A stretch of DNA of 64,000 bases, taken from positions 1 through 64,000 of the forward strand of contig CAVVTZ010000006.1 in assembly GCA_963751275.1 (NCBI GenBank), written 5' to 3'. The translations under genes were made by a program, and so were the position numbers. Origin of the DNA: an uncultured Gemmatimonadaceae bacterium. GTDB taxonomy: Bacteria; Gemmatimonadota; Gemmatimonadetes; Gemmatimonadales; Gemmatimonadaceae. The notes below the pieces were generated by a model. It was not told the origin of the DNA and searched no databases. It saw only the letters and a list, made by a program, of their open reading frames with translations. Shown here piece by piece: positions 9,818-21,189 of this stretch (within the stretch, counting starts at the first letter, position 1; each line of letters begins with the position of its first letter).

Positions 9818-11520
9818 CAATGGGCTTGCGCCCATTCCATCACATTGCGCTCCAACTCCGGCAGCGTCACGCTCGGATCATCGAGCACGACCGCATGGAA
9901 TCCCTTCAAGTCGAACTTGGCACCCATCTTCCGTTGCGCCCTGGAGCGCGCGCCCGTGATCGCCAGGTCGCCAATGCCATACGTCGCGAGCTGCCCGGGC
10001 GTGGCGGCGTGCCGATCCGCATACGAAGCGGCCTGGGCCAGCGGCCGCCCCGCCACGACCATCATCGTGTCGATCGCCTGCGCGCGCGTCCAGCCGCGCG
10101 CGTGCATCCCGATGTCCACCTGCAGCGCGATGTAGACATCCAGCCGATGGATCAAGTAGCCCAGCCGCAGCAGCGGCGTGTCGAATAGTCCCGCCTCATC
10201 CGCCAGCTGCTCGGCGTAGATCCCCCACCCTTCCAAGTACGTTCCGCTCGAGAGGAAGGCGGGCGCGCCGCTCGCCGCACGAGCCTGCGCGGCGTAGACG
10301 TACTGGAAGTGATGACCCGGATATCCTTCGTGCGACGCGCCGACGCCGATGTTCATGCGCGCGATGCCGCCGGGTTGGTAGGCGTTCACGAAGAAGAACG
10401 CCGGCGTCGATCCGTCGCGCGGCGCGGGTGAATACTGCGCGGGCGCGGCGGCCGGCGCCTGCTCCTTGCTGATCGCCTTGATGACGATCGGACCGTCCGG
10501 CGTCTTCGCGAATTGCAGCGGGAGGAGCGTGCGCGCGCGGTCGAGCATCGTGGTGTACGCCGCGATGATCGAATCGGGGTCGTGCATCACGAGCGCGGGA
10601 TCGGTGCGCGCGCGGCGGAGCGTCTCCGCCAGCGTGACGTTCGGGCCGAAGACGAGCTTCCCCACCTTCAGGATCTCGGCGCCCACCTTCACCCGCTCCT
10701 CGACGGCGATGGTGTACATCGAGTCGAGGTCGGGGCGGATGGTCGTCGCGCCCCAGAGGATCGCGGAATAGCATGCCGGGCCGTTCGGCAGCGAGGTGAG
10801 CCCCGGCTCGGCGCGGGCGTGTGCGAGATACTCCTTCGCGAGGAAATCGCGGTAGCGGCGGAAGGCGGGCGCCACGGAATCGGCGACCACTGTGTGCCAC
10901 GCCGAATCGAAGGCGGCGTTCGTGTCGCGCGCGGCGGGCACTTGCAGCGCGCGGGCGCCGGAGTCGAGCATCGCGTCGAGCTGGCCGATCACGCGCTCGA
11001 CGTTCGCGCGCGGCGCCGCGTAGCCGGCGGCGAGGCCCGCGCGCAGGTTCGTCAGCTGCCGCCGCACCGCCTCGGGGACGCGGCCGGCGCTATTGAGCAT
11101 GCGGTTGCGCGCGGTGGGCGTGCCGAGCGGCCCGTTGCCGATGGTGGCGGCGAATTGGGCCTGGAAGCCGAAGAGCTGGTCGACGTTCCAGAGGGCGAAG
11201 CGGCAGACCTCCTGCGCCTGGTTGGCGGCGACGAAACCGCGCACGGCGGAGAGGCGGGCGCGGAGGCGGCGGTCGCTGAGGGAGGCGGGGTCGATCCGCT
11301 GCAACTGCGTGTCCCACGCCGCGAGTGCCGCCGAATCGGTGGCGTGCTCGGCGGCGTTCTCGATGCCCCAGGCGCCGTTGCCGTCGTCGCGCTCGTAGCG
11401 GGCGGCGATACTGCTCTCCACGGCGTTCAGGGCCGCATCCTGGGCGGCGACGGGGGCGGCGAGCGCCGCGAGCGCCAGGGCCCATGCGGCGCGAGCCGCC
11501 CTGCTCATGAGAGGGGTCAT
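9817..11520 (-). CDS. DUF885 family secreted protein (metallopeptidase-like)
   Basis: Signal peptide; HEGYPGHHFQ, EGWGIYAE, VDIGMH, PGQLATY, FDLKGFH. Confidence 0.9.
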   Translation of the reverse strand: MTPLMSRAARAAWALALAALAAPVAAQDAALNAVESSIAARYERDDGNGAWGIENAAEHATDSAALAAWDTQLQRIDPASLSDRRLRARLSAVRGFVAANQAQEVCRFALWNVDQLFGFQAQFAATIGNGPLGTPTARNRMLNSAGRVPEAVRRQLTNLRAGLAAGYAAPRANVERVIGQLDAMLDSGARALQVPAARDTNAAFDSAWHTVVADSVAPAFRRYRDFLAKEYLAHARAEPGLTSLPNGPACYSAILWGATTIRPDLDSMYTIAVEERVKVGAEILKVGKLVFGPNVTLAETLRRARTDPALVMHDPDSIIAAYTTMLDRARTLLPLQFAKTPDGPIVIKAISKEQAPAAAPAQYSPAPRDGSTPAFFFVNAYQPGGIARMNIGVGASHEGYPGHHFQYVYAAQARAASGAPAFLSSGTYLEGWGIYAEQLADEAGLFDTPLLRLGYLIHRLDVYIALQVDIGMHARGWTRAQAIDTMMVVAGRPLAQAASYADRHAATPGQLATYGIGDLAITGARSRAQRKMGAKFDLKGFHAVVLDDPSVTLPELERNVMEWAQAH

Positions 11521-11559
11521 GATGTAATATAGTACTCAATGCTATTATTTATCAACGAT

Positions 11560-11663
11560 GCGGGGCGCGGGGCGCGGGACGCGCCGCGGGATGCGAGAAC
11601 GGCGCGCGGGCTCCTGGCGTCGTTAACGCGTCCCGCGGCGCGTCCCGAGCCCCGCGTCCCGCG
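11560..11663. repeat. Palindromic repeat family A, copy 3
   Basis: Same arms with a few substitutions. Confidence 0.85.
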
Positions 11664-11674
11664 CCCTCCGAAGC

Positions 11675-12250
11675 TTAGCCCTTCAGCCGCCCCTCGATGC
11701 GCCGATCGGGCACGAACCACATGACCGCGACCGTCACGTAGAGCGCGTCCGAGACCCACTGGTTCCAGAACGCGAGCGGGATCGCGATCACATACAGCGC
11801 CAGGGAGAGCTTCCCCTTGAAATCCCCGCGGATCGCGGCGGCGAGCTTGGAATGCGCCCCCTGGTCCGCGATGATCGCTTGCTGCAGCAGCGTGTAGCCC
11901 ACCGCCGCCATCACCCCCACCACGCCGTAGAACGCCGTCGGCAGCGCCGCGAAGTGGTTCTCGCCCATCCAGCCCGTCGCGAAGGGGAAGAGCGAGAGCC
12001 AGAAGAGCAGGAACAGGTTCGCCCACATGATGCGGCCGTTCACGCGGTCGGTGACGGCCAGCATGTGATGATGGTTGTTCCAGTACAGGCCGAGGTTGAC
12101 GAAGCTCAGCACGTACACGAGGAAGACGGGAAAGAGCGGCTGCAGGGCGTCGAGGCCGGCGCCCTGCGGCACGCGCAGCTCCAGCACCATGATCGTGATC
12201 AGGATCGCGATCACGCCATCGGTGAACGCCTCGAGGCGGGCCGTGGTCAT
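11675..12250 (-). CDS. TMEM175 family potassium channel (DUF1211)
   Basis: RLEAFTDGVIAILITIMVLEL, YWNNHH, six TM helices. Confidence 0.9.
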   Translation of the reverse strand: MTTARLEAFTDGVIAILITIMVLELRVPQGAGLDALQPLFPVFLVYVLSFVNLGLYWNNHHHMLAVTDRVNGRIMWANLFLLFWLSLFPFATGWMGENHFAALPTAFYGVVGVMAAVGYTLLQQAIIADQGAHSKLAAAIRGDFKGKLSLALYVIAIPLAFWNQWVSDALYVTVAVMWFVPDRRIEGRLKG

Positions 12251-12278
12251 CGATTCCCGACTCCCGATTCCCGAGTTC

Positions 12279-12839
12279 TTAGTGCGGCCAGAGCCAGACG
12301 AACGTCCCCGCCGTGATCAGCGCGTAGATGATCCCGTCGAACGTGGACGTCAGCGTGATGCGCATGGAGCGGCGGTACCAGATCGTCAGCTGCCACAGCG
12401 CGAGCACGTAGCCCGCGAACGCGACGATGAACGCCGAGTGGAAGATGAGCTTCGCGTTGCCGCCCGGGCCCACGAGCGTGCCCGCGATGTGCGCCGCGAA
12501 GAGGCTCACCACCAGCTGATAGATGAACCACTTCCCCAGCAGGGCCCCATGTTCTCCATCATGCCCTTGTAGAGCGTCATGATCACCACCGGTCCTCGAT
12601 CGGCCTTCGCCTTGAACTCCGGCGTCTTCAGCTCGGCCATGTCCTTCGGGACGCGGGATCATGTAGTCGCCGGGCGGCAGGTTGAACGGACGCAGCGCGT
12701 CCATGATCTGGTCCTGGTTCGGCACCAGCGGGTAGTCGCCCTTGTGCCACGGCAACACCATGTGGATGAGCGAGCTCGCGATGAACGCGAAAAGGGTGCC
12801 CACGAGGATCGGGAGCCACAACGACAGGAGCGGGGTCAT
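12279..12839 (-). CDS. Hypothetical membrane protein (two compensating indels at about 12640 and 12550)
   Basis: Hydrophobic N- and C-terminal halves. The middle reads sensibly (DMAELKTPEFKAKADRGPVVIMT) only in another frame. Confidence 0.7.
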   Translation of the reverse strand: MTPLLSLWLPILVGTLFAFIASSLIHMVLPWHKGDYPLVPNQDQIMDALRPFNLPPGDYMIPRPEGHGRAEDAGVQGEGRSRTGGDHDALQGHDGEHGALLGKWFIYQLVVSLFAAHIAGTLVGPGGNAKLIFHSAFIVAFAGYVLALWQLTIWYRRSMRITLTSTFDGIIYALITAGTFVWLWPH

Positions 12840-12965
12840 CAGATACCTCGGTCGTTAGTCGTACGCGTTTGGAACGGCGGCGTGATCCGTGGGCATCGGG
12901 CGCTCTTCGGGCCGGGCACGAATTCGCTGATACTATAGTAGAGGTCCCGCCCCGTCAAACGCGCG

Positions 12966-13421
12966 CTATCGCGTTCGCTTCGCGCGCGCGGCGCGCACGT
13001 GCGCGACGTACTTGTCCATTGGGATGGCGGCGATCGCTTGCATGATCGACGGGAGATCGAGGTCCTCGAGTCGCTTGAAGCGCACGCACCCCTTGCCCAT
13101 GTCAAGGCGCTTGCCCGCCTTCTTGAATCCCGCCTGCAGGGCTTCGAGCGTCGGCTCGTGGCCATAGACGCTCATGAGGTGGAGCGAGATCTTGAGCCTC
13201 TGCCCGTCGAGCGCGGCGTAGAGCAGCGGCTGGCCATTGTACGTTTCCGCGCACACCGAGAGCGGCACGGCCCAGGTGATCATGCCGTGGCCCATCATCT
13301 CCCGATAACCCCCAGGAATCGCTTTGTTGACGAGCGCGCGCATCGCGCTGACCACCGTACGGCGGTCGGCGGGGAGGGACTTGAGATAGGCGGCGGGCGT
13401 TGTCGCGGAGCCGGATGCCAT
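12966..13421 (-). CDS. DUF1801 (YdhG-like) protein
   Basis: YLKSLPADRR..TYNGQPL.YAAL..SLHLM..LDMGKGCVRFK. Confidence 0.85.
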   Translation of the reverse strand: MASGSATTPAAYLKSLPADRRTVVSAMRALVNKAIPGGYREMMGHGMITWAVPLSVCAETYNGQPLLYAALDGQRLKISLHLMSVYGHEPTLEALQAGFKKAGKRLDMGKGCVRFKRLEDLDLPSIMQAIAAIPMDKYVAHVRAARAKRTR

Positions 13422-13457
13422 TGACTGCCGAGGGGAAACGGGAAACGGGAAACGGGA

Positions 13458-13865
13458 CTACTGCTTCGAGAAGCTATCCCGCACGTCCGCTCGCATCAAA
13501 TACCAGATCATCAAGCCGCCGATCGGGAGGCCGATCAATGTGCGGAGATCGTGGCGGACGATCGCGTTCATCGAATCGCCGGCGAGGTTCGCGACCAGGA
13601 TCGCGATCGCCAATCGCCTGCCCCACTCGGCGCCGCGCCACAGGCCGGCGGCGGCGAGCGCACAGGCGCAGGACACGGACGCCATCACGAGCGGGCCGAA
13701 TGCGCCCATCGCCGCGAGATCATCGCGCGTGGAGGGCTTGAGGCTCCACATCGCGTTCCACCGCTCTCCGGGCGTGAGCAGCGCGATGCACGTGACGCCC
13801 GCGATCAGTGCGCCGGCGGCGAAGAAGAGCGTCAGCGCGACAATGCCAGCGCGGCGCGAGCTCAG
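13458..13865 (-). CDS. Hypothetical membrane protein (about 4 TM)
   Basis: Hydrophobic C-terminal part of ORF 13458..14714, downstream of the probable acyltransferase stop. Start uncertain. Confidence 0.6.
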   Translation of the reverse strand: MSSRRAGIVALTLFFAAGALIAGVTCIALLTPGERWNAMWSLKPSTRDDLAAMGAFGPLVMASVSCACALAAAGLWRGAEWGRRLAIAILVANLAGDSMNAIVRHDLRTLIGLPIGGLMIWYLMRADVRDSFSKQ

Positions 13866-15166
13866 CGCACGTCTCCCAATGCAGCCGCCACTTCGCCGGC
13901 GAGCTGCCGGCGGCGCGCGGTCAGCCGGCCAATGCGTATCCCCATGGAACGCGCGCAGCCAGAGGGCGCGCGCCCACTCCATGACGCCGGAAGCGAGCTC
14001 GCCGTAGCGCAGCGCCACGTAGCCCGTCACCGCCGCCAGCGCGAAGAAGGGCACGATCCACACGGCGCCGCATAGCACGCCCACCACGATCGATTCCACG
14101 ATCCACGCGCCCCCCACGAACAGGATTCCCGAGAGCAGCTTCACGGTGCCCAGCACGTCATCGCTCTCCGCGTTCCGCTCGGCGACCAGCCCGGCGAGGC
14201 GATAGGGGACCCAGCCCAGCACTGCTCCAATGTCGGCGAAGGGCAGCAGCACGATCAGTCGCACGAGCGCCCACAGGAACGTCGTGAGACGCACCGGCTC
14301 CAGCTCGAGCGACCACGGGTCGCGCACGCCCATGCGGCGCAGCATGCGCGCGTAGTCGCGCGCGCGTCTCGCGATCCGGTCCACGCGCGCCGGGTCGCTC
14401 GCGCTCATCCGCTGGTACGCGTCGGCCAGACGGCGCGCCCGGCGATTGCGCGCGACCGGATCCAGCGCATCGCCGTCGGAGGCCGTCCACACGGCCACGA
14501 GCGCGACGCCGTCGAGCAGCTCGCGCGATTCGGCCTGCAGCACCACCTCGTCGAGCTTCCTGCGGATCACCTGCGTGAGATCGTGCACGGCCGCGCGCTC
14601 GTCGCGCGCGTAGTCCGCGAGGAGCGGCGCCACCGCGATCGGCTCGCCGGCCACGAGCAGCACGGACGAGCGGAAGGTCACCTTGTCCTCGAAATGAAGC
14701 CCCACGGGCACCACGGTGAGGCCGAATGCGACTCCGCTTCCGCCGAGAGCGCGATGCGCGCCGCGCCGGTCTTGAGCGCACGCAGCGCGGGATCCGAATG
14801 CGACGCGCCCTCGGGAAAGAGCGCGATCGCGCCGCCGCGCGCGAGCTCGGCGCGGCAGAGGGCGAAGCTCTCCTCGTTGCGCGACACATCGCCCGCCCGG
14901 TCACCCGACTCGTGCGCGCGATAAACAGGAATGGTGCCGAAGGCGCGCATGGCGGCGCGGCCGAGCGGATTGTCGAAGAGGGTGCTCTTGGCGAGGAAGC
15001 GCACGGGGCGCCCCGTAGCCACGCGCACCACGATGGGATCGAGCAGGCCGTTGGGATGATTGAGCGCGAGGACGACGGGCCCCGCGGCGGGAAAGCGATC
15101 GGCGTGCTCGACGACGCGCACGGGATAGTAGAGGCGGACGAGGGCCTCGAAGAGGGCGGAGATCAC
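13862..15166 (-). CDS. Lysophospholipid/glycerol-phosphate acyltransferase (frameshifts at about 14715 and 13930)
   Basis: NHPNGLLD (HX4D), FLAKSTLF, FPEG motifs; C-terminal TM region. Confidence 0.85.
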
Positions 15167-15174
15167 GGGTCTAA

Positions 15175-15289
15175 ACTACGCGGGAAGCGGGAAGCGGGAA
15201 GCGCCGCGGGATGCGAGAACAGCGCGTGGGACTCCCCAGGCTCTTCTCGCACATCGCGGCGCTTCCCGCTTCCCGCTTCCCGCGTAGTT
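15175..15289. repeat. Palindromic repeat family A variant with GGGAAGC heptamers
   Basis: AACTACGCGGGAAGCGGGAAGCGGGAAGCGCCGCG ... CGCGGCGCTTCCCGCTTCCCGCTTCCCGCGTAGTT, right after the cox operon; possible terminator role. Confidence 0.85.
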
Positions 15290-15425
15290 AGTTCGCCGTT
15301 CTATCCCGCCGCCGCCAGGCGAGCCAGGTGATCACGCTCACCACAAGGAACGCCGGCACCGCGAGGATCCACATCCCGCTCATCATGCCGTCCAGGAACT
15401 CGGCCATCGGGCCGCCCATGATCAT
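15288..15425 (-). CDS. Small single-TM protein (45 aa) at the end of the cox operon
   Basis: ATGA overlap with the subunit IV stop; MIMGGPMAEFLDGMMSGMWILAVPAFLVVSVITWLAWRRRDRTAN. Confidence 0.55.
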   Translation of the reverse strand: MIMGGPMAEFLDGMMSGMWILAVPAFLVVSVITWLAWRRRDRTAN

Positions 15426-15745
15426 GGCGCGGGCGTGGCGGCGCGCAGGTGCAGGAGGCGGAAGGCGTCGGGCCAGATCTGGTTCATCATCAGCAGCGCG
15501 AAGATCAGATAGGGGATGAGCGCCAGGAAGAGCGCGCGGCGCTCCCACTTCATGTGCATGAAGTACATGAGCCCCAGCCCCGCCTCGATGAGCGCCAGCA
15601 CCAGCAGCGCCAGGAAGAGCGTGAGGGTGGGCAGGCCGCGGTAGGTGAGCACCACCTCCACCGCGACGATGAGCAGCAGCCCCAACCAGACGATCACGTA
15701 GAACTTCATCCCCGGCTCGGGGCGGGACTGCGTGTTGGCGGTCAT
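15422..15745 (-). CDS. ctaF: Cytochrome c oxidase subunit IV family
   Basis: Three TM helices, YFMHMKWE motif. Confidence 0.85.
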   Translation of the reverse strand: MTANTQSRPEPGMKFYVIVWLGLLLIVAVEVVLTYRGLPTLTLFLALLVLALIEAGLGLMYFMHMKWERRALFLALIPYLIFALLMMNQIWPDAFRLLHLRAATPAP

Positions 15746-15755
15746 GGCGCGGCCT

Positions 15756-16385
15756 CTACTTGGCGTTCATCAGGTAGACGAGCGGGAAGACGAACATCCA
15801 CACCAGATCGACGAAATGCCAATACAGGCTCGTGGTCTCGATGTGTCCCGGCTTGAGGCGGCCGCGCCGGAACATGAGCGCGACCACCGTGAGCGCGACG
15901 ACGCCCGAGATCACGTGCAGGAGATGCAGCCCCGTGATCCCGAAGAAGGTGGCGCCGAAGAGCACCGATCCGCCCTCGGGATTCTTCGATGGGCTCCACC
16001 CTTCGCCGAACATGCTGAACCACTCGCGGATATGGAGCGTCGCGAAGACCACGCCGAGCAGCACCGTGGCGCCCATCCATTTCACCGTGGCCGGGCGGTC
16101 CTCCCGCTTCGCCGCCGCCACCGCCGCGATCATCGTGAGGCTGCTCGTGAGCAGCACGAAGGTCATCACGAGGCCGTTCACGATCGAGGGGAAGAAGGCG
16201 AAGGGACGCGTCCAGTCGGGGCTGCCCACGCGCAGATAGCCGTACGCGAAGAGGAGCGCGCCGAAGGTGGCCGCATCCGCGATGATGAACAGCCACATCA
16301 CGAACTTCTTGGACTCGATCGCGAACGGAGATGGTTCCATCGCCGCCCCATGTCCCCCGCTCGTCGTCACAGCAGAATCGGCCAC
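15756..16385 (-). CDS. ctaE: Cytochrome c oxidase subunit III
   Basis: MWLFIIAD, FFGITGLHLLHV, LYWHFVDLVWMFVFPLVY. Confidence 0.92.
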   Translation of the reverse strand: MADSAVTTSGGHGAAMEPSPFAIESKKFVMWLFIIADAATFGALLFAYGYLRVGSPDWTRPFAFFPSIVNGLVMTFVLLTSSLTMIAAVAAAKREDRPATVKWMGATVLLGVVFATLHIREWFSMFGEGWSPSKNPEGGSVLFGATFFGITGLHLLHVISGVVALTVVALMFRRGRLKPGHIETTSLYWHFVDLVWMFVFPLVYLMNAK

Positions 16386-16404
16386 GTCGCCTCCCGACGG
16401 CTGA

Positions 16405-16968
16405 TCACACCCGCATCCAGAGGATCAAGAGCAGATAGAGCCAGAGCGCCAGCATGAAGTGCCAATAGAGCGCCGCGGCGGCGAGCGCATTGAGCGGATC
16501 CGCCCCGCCGGCGCGCGACACGCGCACCGACACGTACGAGAGCGCGATGAGCCCGCCGATCACGTGCAGCGCGTGCAGCACGGTGAACAGGTAGAAGAAC
16601 GCGCTGCTGGGCGCCGTGGCGAGATACAGACCCTGCGCCACGAGCGCGCGCCACGCCACGAACTGGCCGGCGAGGAAGAGCAGCCCCAGTCCGAGCGTCG
16701 CGTACAGCAGGCTGCGTCCCGCCGGCGACCCGAGATCGCCCGCGAGCCGCCGCCGGCTCAGTTCCAGCGTGCCGCTGCTCACCAGGAGCACGAGCGTGTT
16801 GACGAGCAGGATCGATGGCAGCTGGAAGCGCACCCAGTCGGTGGCGCCGCCCTGGCGGATGACCAGCGCGCTCGTGAGCGCGGCGAAGAACATCGCGATC
16901 GCGAGGATCCCGACCAGCACGCCGGTGCGCGCCGGCGATTCGTAGCGGGCCGCGGTGGGTGCCGTCAC
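16405..16968 (-). CDS. Cytochrome c oxidase subunit III-like (second, more divergent copy)
   Basis: NTLVLLVSS, FFYLFTVLHALHV, YWHFMLALWLYL. Confidence 0.88.
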   Translation of the reverse strand: MTAPTAARYESPARTGVLVGILAIAMFFAALTSALVIRQGGATDWVRFQLPSILLVNTLVLLVSSGTLELSRRRLAGDLGSPAGRSLLYATLGLGLLFLAGQFVAWRALVAQGLYLATAPSSAFFYLFTVLHALHVIGGLIALSYVSVRVSRAGGADPLNALAAAALYWHFMLALWLYLLLILWMRV

Positions 16969-18736
<1,768 letters not shown>

Positions 18737-18751
18737 GCGATCCTCGGCGGC

Positions 18752-19552
18752 TCATTGATTGGCCTGCGACTTCAGCCATTCCTCGTATTTGTCCTGGGTC
18801 ATCACTTCGATGTACGCGCGCATGTTGTAGTGCCCGAGCCCGCAGAGCTGCGTGCACACGATCTCGTGCTTGCCGATCTGCGTCGCGGTGAAATGCAGCG
18901 GGATGACGATGCCGGGCACGAAGTCCTGCTGGATGCGCAGTTCGGGCACGAAGAAGGAGTGCCCCACATCCTTGGAGTGCATGCTGAGCGAGATCTCCCG
19001 GTTCACCGGCACCACGAGCGATGCGGAGACGATGTCGTCGCGCGCCGCGGTGTCATTGGCCGGATCGAGGCCGAAGTAGTTGTTGTCGGCCTCGGAGATC
19101 TTGTCGGGGTGGAGGACGCCGAATTTCCCGTCGGGCCCCGGATAGCGGAAATAGAACGCGAACTGCCCGGCCTGCGCGTCGATCTGCAGCGCGCCGGCGC
19201 CGGCCGGCGCGATGTAGATGGACGCCCATACCTTGGAGCCGACGAGCGTGAGCACCAGCACCTCGATGCCCACGAGCACGACGGCGAAGATCACCATCGG
19301 CCGCGCGCCGCCGGGGAAGATCTTGACCTTCCGTCCATCGCCCCGGTCGGCGAATCGCCAGACGAAGGTCGCCAGCGCGAACTGCGACACCACGAACAGC
19401 ACGCCCGACGCGATCATCGTCTCCATCAACTGGTGGTCGATCCCGGCGCCGAGCACCGAAATGTCGGGCGGGAGCCACCAAATGCGGCTCACGAAGATCG
19501 CGGCCGACACGATCGTGATGATCGTGAGGGCGATCGAGAAGAACTTTCCCAC
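18752..19552 (-). CDS. ctaC: Cytochrome c oxidase subunit II (CuA, no fused cytochrome c)
   Basis: SKDVGHSFFVP..DFVPG..CTQLCGLGHYNM CuA motif. Confidence 0.93.
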   Translation of the reverse strand: MGKFFSIALTIITIVSAAIFVSRIWWLPPDISVLGAGIDHQLMETMIASGVLFVVSQFALATFVWRFADRGDGRKVKIFPGGARPMVIFAVVLVGIEVLVLTLVGSKVWASIYIAPAGAGALQIDAQAGQFAFYFRYPGPDGKFGVLHPDKISEADNNYFGLDPANDTAARDDIVSASLVVPVNREISLSMHSKDVGHSFFVPELRIQQDFVPGIVIPLHFTATQIGKHEIVCTQLCGLGHYNMRAYIEVMTQDKYEEWLKSQANQ

Positions 19553-19569
19553 GGCGGTCGCCTCCCCGG

Positions 19570-20334
19570 CTAGTACGGCGTGGCGGTGAAGACGAGATTG
19601 ACCTTCTGCGTTTCGTTACCCGTAATGGTGACGTCTGCAGTCTTGGTGCCGAACTTCTCCTGCCACGCGGTGACGGTGTACTTGCCCGGCGGGAGTCCCG
19701 CGAGGCTGAAGGCGCCGTCGGGTCCCGTGACCGCCGAGTGCGAGGTGTTCAGCACCGCGAAGTAGCCGTGCATCCACGGATGGATGTTGCACTTCACGGG
19801 AATGAACTCCGCCTTCTCGTAGGTGACGTCGATCGGCGGCGAGCCCGGCGGCTGCGACTTGTTCCACTCCGGATTCAGCTTGGGCATCGGGTGGATGTTG
19901 TGGGACGTCTGGTCATCGTTCGCGATCTCGAGCTTCTGCCCCGCCTCCATGACCGCGACATGCGGCAGGTACTGACAGCCCTTCTGCGTGTACTTCGCCG
20001 GCGTGGCGGGCGGCGCGGTGTGCGTGTCGCCGGCGGAGATGTAGACCACCACATCGCCCAGCGTATTGCCGGGCCCGGTGACGACGAACTCGGTCATCGC
20101 GGGTGGATTATGCTCCTTGGCGCAGCTCGGCTCCTTCGCCATGTCGATGGGCTTCATCTTCGGCGGGGTACCGGTGTACGTGATGATGCCGCTAATGGTG
20201 CCGCCGGCGGCGGGTGCGGGCGCCGCGCCGCCGAGGAGCAAGACCAGCGCGGTCGCCGCGCCGGCGAGCGCGACGGCCGTGGCCGCCGCGCCCGCCGGGA
20301 ACGCCGGCTTCAGTCGTGAGGGTCGATCCATCAT
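19570..20334 (-). CDS. Periplasmic cupredoxin-like protein with a carboxypeptidase-regulatory-like Ig domain
   Basis: Signal peptide; HNIH...CNIHPWM (type-1 Cu-like His/Cys/His/Met set); GAFSLAGLPPGKYTVTAW; ATGA overlap with the upstream gene. Confidence 0.75.
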   Translation of the reverse strand: MMDRPSRLKPAFPAGAAATAVALAGAATALVLLLGGAAPAPAAGGTISGIITYTGTPPKMKPIDMAKEPSCAKEHNPPAMTEFVVTGPGNTLGDVVVYISAGDTHTAPPATPAKYTQKGCQYLPHVAVMEAGQKLEIANDDQTSHNIHPMPKLNPEWNKSQPPGSPPIDVTYEKAEFIPVKCNIHPWMHGYFAVLNTSHSAVTGPDGAFSLAGLPPGKYTVTAWQEKFGTKTADVTITGNETQKVNLVFTATPY

Positions 20335-21179
20335 TGTGTGCCTCCATCCGGCCCAATGGGCTTGAGTGTGTTGGGATGTTCGCTGACGTACTGCTTGTAC
20401 AGCGCCGACTCCTGCGTGACCAGCAGGGGCTGCAGGGTGCGCAGGAAGTGCACGAGGTCCCACGCCTCATCCGGCTTGAGATTGTCGGCGAAGGACGGCA
20501 TCGGCGTGCCATCGAGTCCGGTCATGAAGTCGCGGTAGATGTCCGCGTTCGTCGTGCCGCACTTGAAGCGCTCGCCGGTGGAGAAATTGTACGGACGGAT
20601 CGGGTTGTCCTTGCTGTCGGTGAGGGTGGACGCCGACGGGCCGTCGCCGTGGCCCGTGGGGCCATGGCATTTCCAGCATTCGAGCTTCTGGTACAGCGCG
20701 CGCCCTCGGAGCACGCTCTCCGTCGTGATCGGCGTCTCCGGCGGGATCTCAATGGGCTTCGCCGGCTGCGCGCTCGCCCACTTGTTGGAGAACGTCTTGA
20801 TGTACGCCACCAGGTTCACGCGCGTCTGCTCCGTGAGCGGGAGCCAGGACGGCATGTTGGTGAAGACGAAGCCGCGCGTGACGGAGTTGTACAGATCCTG
20901 GTCCGTCGGCAGCGAGCCCGACAGTGTGGAGCGGCACTTGAACACGGCCTCCGTGAAGTCGCGGGGCTTGGGGTCGATGTACGGCGCGTTCTCACCGTTG
21001 CCATCGCCATCCACGCCGTGACATCCGATGCAGAAACGCTGATACGACTTGTGTCCATCTTCCACGCTGCCGGTGCGCCCGTCGACGACGACCGGCTGCT
21101 GCGCGCGCAGCGAGGCGGCGCCCCAGAGGAGCATGCTCGTTCCGGCGGCGACCGCGATCCTGCTCGTGTAGGATTTCAT
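20331..21179 (-). CDS. Periplasmic diheme c-type cytochrome
   Basis: Signal peptide; CIGCH and CWKCH, each followed by PRDF/PYNF and MPSW/MPSF (His/Met ligation); AGGAGG RBS. Confidence 0.92.
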   Translation of the reverse strand: MKSYTSRIAVAAGTSMLLWGAASLRAQQPVVVDGRTGSVEDGHKSYQRFCIGCHGVDGDGNGENAPYIDPKPRDFTEAVFKCRSTLSGSLPTDQDLYNSVTRGFVFTNMPSWLPLTEQTRVNLVAYIKTFSNKWASAQPAKPIEIPPETPITTESVLRGRALYQKLECWKCHGPTGHGDGPSASTLTDSKDNPIRPYNFSTGERFKCGTTNADIYRDFMTGLDGTPMPSFADNLKPDEAWDLVHFLRTLQPLLVTQESALYKQYVSEHPNTLKPIGPDGGTQ

Positions 21180-21189
21180 CGGTGGCCTC

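Noticed and set aside
13458..14714. Acyltransferase-membrane protein fusion
   Set aside because: Explained by an indel near 13930; another frame gives a natural stop at 13862.
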